A stretch of DNA of 60,672 nt, filler included, from Sluysia triapertura (lineage: Eukaryota), in assembly GCA_046118255.1 (NCBI GenBank). It is 5 parts of 5 records of this genome, joined end to end, with 100 filler letters (N's around TTAATTAATTAA, not from the genome) between each part and the next. Parts side by side here need not be neighbours in the genome. Positions count along the whole stretch, not along the records: positions 47,820 to 60,672 come from JBJNIA010077938.1; 4 more parts are not named here. The stretch is one strand, 5' to 3'. Position numbers and translations under genes: made by a program. Below are positions 52,044-60,672 of the stretch, piece after piece; the first letter of the stretch is position 1, and each line of letters opens with the position of its first letter. The notes under the pieces are model-generated. The model did no database searches. It worked only from the letters and a program-made list of their open reading frames with translations, and was not told the origin of the DNA.

Positions 52044-52640
52044 TATTATTACACAAATATTTATTTTCAAATAACTTAAAGATTGATTTTTTTTACAAGA
52101 TTCGAGAATAATTAATATACTTATATTAATCAATAAATTTTAATTGTTATTGTTTATAAAAAAATTTAATATTTTTGAACATATATTGTTTGCTAAAATA
52201 TGAAATTATGTATTTATCATCGAATAAATTATGATAAATAATGAAGATAAGTGCAAGCAATTGCAATATAATTACAGTATTTAATGTTTTTAAAAATGTA
52301 TTTGTTCAACAATTATTGTGATATTAATTTTAAACAAGTAATAAGTAAAACTCTATTACTTTTGCATTTTTATTTTTTCTTTGATATCAAGCAATCGTAA
52401 ACTATTAATAAAGTATTTAAATAAAAATAAAACATTAAGTTATTGTAATAAAAATTTTATAAATATAAAAATGCAAATTTAATGTTAGAAATTCAAAAAA
52501 ATGATAATTTTAATCATGTTTTAATAATTCAAAGTTCGTTACTTAGTAAATAAATTAATTCAAATATTTTGCAATTTGTAATAGAGTTTATGATAAAATT
52601 AATATAATCAAAATATTTAAATGAAGTGTATAGAGTAAAA

Positions 52641-52643
52641 ATG
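52641..52643 (+). CDS. MAGI: MAGI putative first coding exon (ATG only)
   Basis: AAAA-ATG|GTAATA. A 69-bp intron with an ACTGAC branch-like site ends TTTTCAG at 52712, phase 0. Confidence 0.55.
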
Positions 52644-52712
52644 GTAATATTTATTGGTATTAATAAAGGATATATGTTATGACTGACATATTTAAATTGT
52701 AATTGTTTTCAG

Positions 52713-53124
52713 GGTGATTCTCATTGGAGTAATCATATAGCGGAGGCAACAGTATTAGCTCAATTACCCGATCGTTTTTTGCATTTAACGGTTTATGGTT
52801 GTTCCGACAATGGTAAATTTTGTCTCGTATCTCCTCGAATCAATCATGGTCGCATATGTTATCGTGAAGGGTCGAAATTAAACCCTCATGATGTAATTTT
52901 GGAAGTTCACGGTTACAAAGTATCTGGTTATACTCAAAGTGATTTAGAAGATCTCATACAAACTCTTAGTGCCAATTGTGAGCCAATTATAATAAAGACG
53001 GTACCTGGTAATTTATTGAATCCTACTTTGAAAGAATATCTCAGCCTCAGTTTTAGAACTGAATCTATTGATCATGATTTACAAAGAGTTATTAGAGATA
53101 ATGTTTATCTAAGAGTTGTGCCTT
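52713..53124 (+). CDS. MAGI: MAGI (membrane-associated guanylate kinase inverted) exon: PDZ0 and start of GK
   Basis: HWSNHIAEATV..VYGCSDNGKF..ILEVHGYKVSG..LKEYLSLSF..DHDLQRVIRDNVYLRVVPC matches the MAGI N-terminus. GTAAGC donor at 53125. Confidence 0.95.
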
Positions 53125-53143
53125 GTAAGCTTGTTTTTATTAA

Positions 53144-53311
<168 letters not shown>

Positions 53312-54319
53312 TAATATATCATACATAATATTATATTTTTTTGTGCCTAAATCTAAAAAAACAAAAAAAAATTCGCATCTAAAAAGATAAATAATTACGC
53401 AATGATTAATTATTTATTCTAAGTTTCTATTTTATCAATATGAGTAAACTATTTATAAAAGTAATACGAATTAATAATAAAATACTTTTTAGAAAATTTT
53501 CCCGTTAAATTTCTCTTTATTTTACTCATGTTTTCTTTAATAAACTTTTATAATTTAAAAAATATTTGGATGCTTAAATAAAATTTTATATTTAATTGTA
53601 ATTTTTTTGTTAAAATTAAAATTAGAAATTAATATCAAGATTCGAAATATTTAATGAGTTATGAATAAAATGATATATAGAATAATCTAGGCGTTTAATA
53701 ACATAACCACTAATCAATAATAGTCAAATTATTCTAGATTCTACAGTGTGCTAAATTTTATATTTTGTTCTTTTTAATTAGAAATTTCATTGTAATATTT
53801 GTATAATGATTATTATATTTTAATTTTGAACATGCATAATCATTATAGAATTAAAACATTGGTTGAAATAACTATAATCCAAAGTTTATTTGAATCAAAG
53901 TTGCAAACACGTTACTCATGAATCATACAAAGCTTTACAGTACTTTTAATTTGTCTGATTTCACCGATAATAGCATAATAATTATTATACAGAGAATATG
54001 TGGAGGAAACTGTTAATTTACTGTATTGTGTAAGAAACTTTCAGACTTAGGCATCAATATAGAAATTAAATAGAGAATTCGATTTTAAGAATATATATTT
54101 TTGTATATAACGAACTATACTCGTGACCATACAAAGGATTTTCTCAATTAAATTTTAAATTCTGAATTTGAGTTAAGTTTGAAGTTGATTTAAAGAATAT
54201 AATTTAAATTTCGATTTTTTAAATCAATTTAGTTTTATGTTAATAAATTTTATTTTTTGTCAAAAAAATGAAACTTATTCTTTATTGTGAGTATTTCAAA
54301 ATAATATAATTATATTAAC

Positions 54320-54780
54320 GACATCTTTGATTTGGCAAAAACACATGACTTTAAAATGACCTTCACTTTATATGACTAAATATTCGTTCTTTATTAAGCA
54401 AAATCTAAGTGCCAAAAATAAAGGAATGCTTAGATATCTCGATGATAAATTATTTTAAAACTAGCTCATATCAGGTTTCTCATAAATTAGCAAAGGAAAT
54501 GGCTTGCAGTTCTCGCAGTAGGCAGAAAAAAATTCACATTAATATACTTTACTTGCAATTGATTTCACTTTGTTTCTTTTCTTATGAACCTTATCTGTTG
54601 AGAAAATATCTATATTGTAGAAAATTTTAACACATTTTATGTCGGGTTAGTTGAGTGTGACTTGCTATTTATCGCAGGCAAATATAGCTAGCCTAACAAG
54701 ATTTTCGCGAAGGTGCTTAATCGATTAACTTCTAGTGAAATATTACCTTCGATTGAATAAACAGAGCAACAATCTACAAT
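54320..54780 (-). pseudogene. Possible hAT (SPIN/Buster-like) C-terminal remnant
   Basis: FIFGT*..ERIFSHIK (cf. FGSTYxCExxFSxMK). Confidence 0.3.
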
Positions 54781-55068
54781 CAGTATTATTTTCGTCTGAA
54801 TCCATTTTTATGGGTTAATAAATTGATAATAAAGTACAATGGATTCTGTGTATTTGTATAATTTTTAAAAATAAACGAAATTAGACGTAAAGTTTTATTC
54901 AAAATAACATAAACTAACTATGATCACAGTCACCCTTGATCACTATATGTTTTAAAATGTTCCTAAAACAACGAGTGGTGTCTAAAAAACAGGTAATATA
55001 AAGATTTTAAAATGTTTTTGTCAGTTTTATTTTATTATTTGTTTAATTTACTTATAAAGCATCTAGTG

Positions 55069-55376
55069 CAGTGATTCTCAACCAATGTGCCGCCGAATTT
55101 TAGTCTTATGATTATGTTCACATTTGTATTCTATTCTAGTACAAATATAAATGAAATAATGAAAAAACGTCAACCTCAAATTTTGCATTGAATGTATTTA
55201 TAATTTTATATTTAATTTTTAATTTGTATTTAATGTATTTTATTAATAAACGTATGTTATTTTTGTAATACATATTACTTTATTTTGCACATTTAATTAA
55301 ATAATTTTTAAACTGTGCCGCCAAATTTTGAAATCTTTAAAATAGTGACGCAACAAAAAAAGGCTGAGAATCACTG
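55069..55376. mobile_element. hAT (Charlie-type) MITE, 308 bp
   Basis: TIR CAGTGATTCTCAACC / GGCTGAGAATCACTG (14/15). Subterminal TGTGCCGCC twice. Degenerate 8-bp flanks ATCTAGTG / TACTAGAG share a CTAG core. Confidence 0.85.
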
Positions 55377-57459
55377 TACTAGAGTGTAAAAACATTTTTT
55401 GCAAATACCCAACGTTATATAGTATTTCCTACTGATACTGTAGCATAGCAAATAAATTTTTTAATGCTACAGCACTTCTTTTTGGATTGTCAATTTCTTT
55501 TATATAGAATCATTTCAATGATTCTAATACATGTATTTAATCATACATAATACAGATTTATGAAAAAAATAAGTTGCCACACGCTTTGTTTTTATCATTG
55601 ACACTAAATGCTTAGGTATAATAAGTAATTGTAACATTCAAAAATATTTCGAATCCCAAAATTGGCCTATTACGGCAATTATTTAGTGATTGTGATAAAT
55701 TATTCATTATTGCACAAGGTGAAACTTATGGTAATTGTTCAGCGATGAGCAGAATTGAAGCTGATATACGAAATAGTTTTCGATGATACTATAACATAAT
55801 ACTCTACAAGTGAAGAAGATGATTAAATGATGTGGACATGATTGAAAAATTCTCGATGATAAATTATGATTATTATTACATTGGATAAGAATTTACACAA
55901 AATTTATCAGGTTATGCTCCTCTAATAAATGTAAATATATTATATTAAATATATTAATCTATAAAATGTTTAATGGTGAAATTTATTTAATCTACAGAAA
56001 AAATAAGTAATTAACCGACTGAAAAGTAATAGTAGTAATGTATTTCTTATAGACAGAATGGTAACATCAATAATAGCTTAGAATTATGAATATTTAGTTA
56101 TGTATGGAACAATGAATATATGTGCAGAATATCGACTGCAACTAAAAATAAGCTAACGTATAATTTAATTGGTCAAGTAACAAAAATTAAATATAGATAA
56201 TTGATTGTAGAAGAATTATTATGGAATGAATTTCTAACCAAGTAAAGTAACACGAAAATCAATATATAAATAAATGTCTTTCATTGTAAATACAAACACG
56301 GAAGAGAAAAAGTTATTTTAAAAATAATGAGGCACATTTCAACGAAAATTATAATTTATTGTAAGAGAACTAGAGATTCAGATTAGATATTTTTGGAGGA
56401 AATTTTAGTTTTTAGTTAAATATTATCGAGGAATTTTGAAATCTAGCACTTGGTTCCGACTTTGTGAATTGTGAAATTGTTTAACCAATATAATTTTGGC
56501 ATTGACGGGAACTGTTCATGCCAGTTAAACATAAAATCACAATAAAGTCATTTTTAATGAGACTAATAAATATAATTTTCAAAATTAATTGTCGAAGACT
56601 GTATCTAAGGTTGTTTCTAGACAACATTGATCAACATTTTAGAAATCCATTCATTATTATTATTATTAATTAGTGTCAGTGATTATATGTATTTCTTGCT
56701 TAAGCAAGCTTAAAATTGTATTCAAAATCATAAAGTTTATTTCTGATAATTTAAGAAATTACGCTTAAAATCTCTTAAAAATACAAATTTTTATTTAATT
56801 ATAGTTTAGTAATTAACCTACAAATCTAATTTTGTTTATTATTAGTTTTGTTTAATTCTACTGTAGTTGCATTATTTTGATTTCATTTTTTAATTAATAT
56901 AACTTCGTAATATTCATTTTTGAATAATACGAAATAAAAAATTTGTATTTAATAAATCTAAATAAATCGATAAATTCATATATACAAAATTGATTTGAAA
57001 ATACTTATAAAGTTAAGTGTCACTTAGGAAAACGAAATTAACGCAATAAATTATAAATTTTAATTACTTGTCAAATTATTTTTATAAATTTTTACTAAAG
57101 TCCCATAGGAATGCCTACTTTATGTGGTAACTCACTTAATAATAAGTCACTTAGTGCCTTAAAAATGCTATTTTGCTAAATTAAATTATAATAAAACACT
57201 AACAGATAATGGCACCTGAATTTGAACTAAAATAATTCATGTATGTTTATTGCATATAAATTTATATTGAATTGTATAATCATGTTATAAAATTTACTAA
57301 GTTGAATTCGAATTTATGTGCTAAATCTGAGTTTTAGTTTCTGTTTTACGTAACGCATGCTATTTAGTGATTTGATGAGTGCGTTAGACTGCTTTGAAAT
57401 TTGTTCAAGATTTTGTTTATTATAAATGTGTTATATTGCGTTGGGGTTTGTTTAATGTT

Positions 57460-57690
57460 ATGATTATGATAAACACAACCTACCAGACCATAGTCCCCAC
57501 TGACTACCACTTCTTCCGCAATTTGGACAACTTTTGTTAGAAAAGCAATTTAACACTATTGTAAAATTAGCTTTCCAGGAATTCACTGACTCAGGTCCAC
57601 CGGGGTTTTATCAAACCGACTTAAACAAGCTGCCGCTTAAAAGGAAAAATTTATAGACAGGATGGGTGCACATTTTGAAGAAAATAAGTC
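57460..57690 (+). pseudogene. mariner (cecropia-like) transposase C-terminal fragment
   Basis: PTDYHFFRNLDNF..KLAFQEFTDSGPPGFYQTDLNKLPLK..IDRMGAHFEE. Confidence 0.85.
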
Positions 57691-58879
57691 CTTATATATT
57701 TAAGTTATCAACAAACTTTGCGTTTTCTACAAATTTCATTATTGATAATTATTAATTAAATTACTACTGATTTGAATTGTCAATGACTTAAAATTATATT
57801 TGCTTATATTTTTTTCAATACGATTAAGCTAAGTTATTAACCGTATAAGATAAATTGTGTTGAAAAGCAACTTAAGCTATAAATCGACAACCACACGAAA
57901 TATAAAAAAAGAGACAAATAATATTAAATATAATAAGATTTATATGACATCGATATAAAACAAGCACACCTTAACCTTAGCATTATCAAATCTTCACTTG
58001 TTAAATCGATGTTATATACACTCATTAAGGTTAATTTATAATTCACAGTTATCAAATTCATTATATAATCCACGCATATTAAGTTATCCTGCATTAAAAT
58101 TGTACATTTGATTATAATAAAAAATTGTTAAATTGTATTGATAAAGTCAGCGGTCGTCAGATTAAGTAGCGAATAATCCTGCATTAGATCCCGGATTTCG
58201 ATCACTTTCTGAAGTCTGACAAGCTGTTCAACTTACTAATTGTAATATTGTAATGATTTTAAATTTTAAATTATAAAATATTATCCTTTTTATTTTGGTG
58301 ATTTACGTGAAAAAATAAAAGAAACCATTGCATAAATTTACAAATCATTAAATTTAATTAGACACGCGTTATTAAAATTAAATGAAAACAAAACTCTGCT
58401 TCTTACATTTTTTGTGATTTTCAGTAATCCTAAAATTTAAAAAATATAATTCTAAAGGTTACATCTAATTTTAATGAATATAGAGATTTAAAAAAAGTTC
58501 AAATACTAAATTAAATTAAATACTAAGATGAATTAAACGGTCGAAGCTAACTTTTAAAGCAATCCGTTGATTATTTTAAATGATGCATATATTTCTTGGT
58601 TGTTTATTCTTGAACATTTTCGAAGTATGTTGTTTTTGTTTTAGTAATAAAGCAGAAGCAAATAAAAACAGATACAATAATTGGTAAAATATTTAGTTAG
58701 TTTCAAAAGAATATCTTTGTAGTGAGTAATAATACAATTATAGCTAATGTTAATTTTTTAATAAACTTAAAATTTTATAAAATTTTGTAAAATTAGTTAG
58801 TATTTATTTTACTTCTTATTATAAGTAATACATTTTTTTAAATATATTTGGGATGTTTATATATACTGTAATGTTCATT

Positions 58880-59300
58880 ATGGTTATTACTTTCTAATAT
58901 TGCACTTTCTAATGAATAAGGGTTCACGAATGTGAATAAAATTTCGTTTGATGTAATTTGAGCACTCTGGAACTTTTCACAGATACTTGAAATTTGTTTT
59001 GTCAAATGTATTGATAAAATTACCATCTAATCAAGAAAATTTGTCAGTAATTTAAAAAATAGATAACGTTTTAATAAAATTAGATGAAGCAACCTCAATG
59101 GGCCAACTTCTGGGTCACATTGTAACTTGCAACATCAAAGAATACCCAGTACCAAGAAAACATGTCCAAGTACAGTTATTTCTCAGCCTCCAAAATGCGA
59201 AATTTTCTTCGAATTCATACTCCTCTGCAAATGGATAAATAACAGGATCACCTACAATTAATTCCTTAGAAACAATGGTAAGTTTCGTTTAAGCCGTAGC
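58880..59300 (-). pseudogene. Possible hAT transposase fragment
   Basis: YHCF..LIVGD (cf. HCxAHxLNLxVxD) and ISSICEKFQ (cf. SxxLQ). Confidence 0.3.
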
Positions 59301-59671
59301 ATTTTGTCATTCTATTTTTATTTACTTATTTATTTTGTCTATAACTGATTTTATTATTTATTTATATATTTCCTCGACCAACTCATTTCTTATTTTAAGC
59401 CTCGTGTTAACACTTTTTCTACATGGGTAGGTATATAAAATAAAATGAAATGTTAAGTAATAAAATAATTAAAATAATTAAAATATAGGAAAATGTCTAA
59501 TTTAGATGTAGCATACTATTGATCATAGTAATATATTATAATAACCATGCTAAGAATAACAATATAGCCAATCAAAAACCAAAGTAGATATGAGTATAAT
59601 GGCGTCAATATTTTAAGTGTTGTACGGCCAATCAAAATAAGCCTACACACAAACCAGTATAGAAATGAGTA

Positions 59672-59752
59672 CTGTATTTTCCGGATTACAAGACGCACCT
59701 TAAAAAATATTTTTAGTTAAACTTTAAGAAAAGCACCATATAATCCGGTGAA
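59672..59752 (+). mobile_element. pogo/Tc2-type DNA transposon left end
   Basis: TA-CTGTATTTTCCGGATTACAAGACGCACC with an internal inverted ATAATCCGG. No clear right TIR. Confidence 0.55.
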
Positions 59753-59986
59753 GTGAGTAGGCTAAGTAGATGGTTTACCAATTTTTTAGAATGCAATTAT
59801 GCAATGCTATTTTCTAGTGGAGGAGCAGCTATTTATGGGATTTAATATTGGAAGAATACATCTCTGGTGTTGATAGAGTAATTCAACTATACTGTTTCCG
59901 TTACAATTTTGTGTATCTCATAAACATGTATGTACATACTAAATATTGAAAAATTAATAATTGTAACAGTATAATTGTAGTTTATG

Positions 59987-60348
59987 TGTTAGACTTCGTA
60001 AAATGGACTTACCCGGAATCGAACCAGGGACCTCTGGCTGCGCTACCCAATCTAACAATTTCATTTTTATTATATTCAATTATACTACATGCCACTTTAG
60101 GCCTGTATCCCAACATATCTCACCCAATTCAATTATGTTTGTCCTCAAACATCATATAAATAATTTAATTCAACATCAGAAGGAGATTCGATATGTTAGA
60201 CTTCGTAAAATGGACTGACTGAGGATCTAACCCGGGCCTCTAGTTGCGCAGTTCGATGCTCTACCACTGAGCTATCAGCTCCATCTAACAAATTCATTTT
60301 TATTATATTCAATTATACTATATTGCACTTTAGGCCTATATCCCAACA
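59987..60348 (-). mobile_element. Complete two-LTR miniature retrotransposon (TRIM) with tRNA-derived LTRs (Helenus-like); 4-bp TSD TATG
   Basis: LTRs at 59987-60115 (internally deleted) and 60194-60348, with a 78-bp non-coding spacer. TATG at 59983-59986 and 60349-60352. Minus-strand TTTGAGGACAAA...GGGTGAGATA precedes the 3' LTR. Confidence 0.9.
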
Positions 60349-60672
60349 TATGTAATAAACATTAGATTTTAATATTAGTGTTTTATGTTCACTTCTCTCT
60401 TAAGTTCTAGATGGATAATAACTCTGACGTAAATATTAATCGCTTACTTAGATTATTTCGTGCTGCAAATCTTTAGAGTAACTTAACATAGAAAGGATTT
60501 AGCAATTAAAGAAATTAAAAACTACGCTTAAGAATATTATAAACGGATAAATTTTCTGCACGGTTTTTGATTTAGGTGCACCTGATTTTATCTTGTGAAC
60601 ATGATCGATAAATAAATGACAATATAATGGTCTTAAAAATCATGAATTTTCATTATCCTTCTTGAGTGTTTT

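Noticed and set aside
55716-55790. Possible next MAGI exon (AG|GTGAAACTTATGGT, GETYG)
   Set aside because: Poor acceptor, no NYYGTP match, and an in-frame stop follows soon after.

Overview
Very AT-rich eukaryotic (metazoan) scaffold segment with five assembly gaps; four are artificial 100-bp N44-TTAATTAATTAA-N44 spacers. Two host genes are recognisable, both on +: a two-exon secreted C-type-lectin-like gene (44513-47614) and the 5' exons of MAGI (PDZ0 plus guanylate-kinase domain, 52641-53288, with 69- and 44-bp introns). The rest is mostly decayed mobile DNA: a Polinton/Maverick (integrase-chromodomain, probable penton, pPolB), Tc1, DD41D-type, mariner and IS630-like transposases, hAT and piggyBac MITEs, a Helitron helicase, an R2/NeSL-type non-LTR 3' end, Ty3/gypsy pol fragments, L2-type tails and several unclassified dispersed repeats, one possibly encoding a parvovirus-like SF3 helicase. 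The standout is a ~155-bp repeat that looks like a tRNA-SINE but behaves as an LTR. It has TG...CA ends, an embedded tRNA-Ala(CGC)-derived Pol III unit and exact 4-bp target-site duplications. It occurs as one two-LTR miniature element (59987-60348), two solo LTRs and three fragments. Two of the fragments abut co-oriented Ty3/gypsy pol remnants, hinting at an autonomous tRNA-LTR partner. All protein calls come from manual translation and motif recognition, not database searches, and remnant boundaries are approximate.
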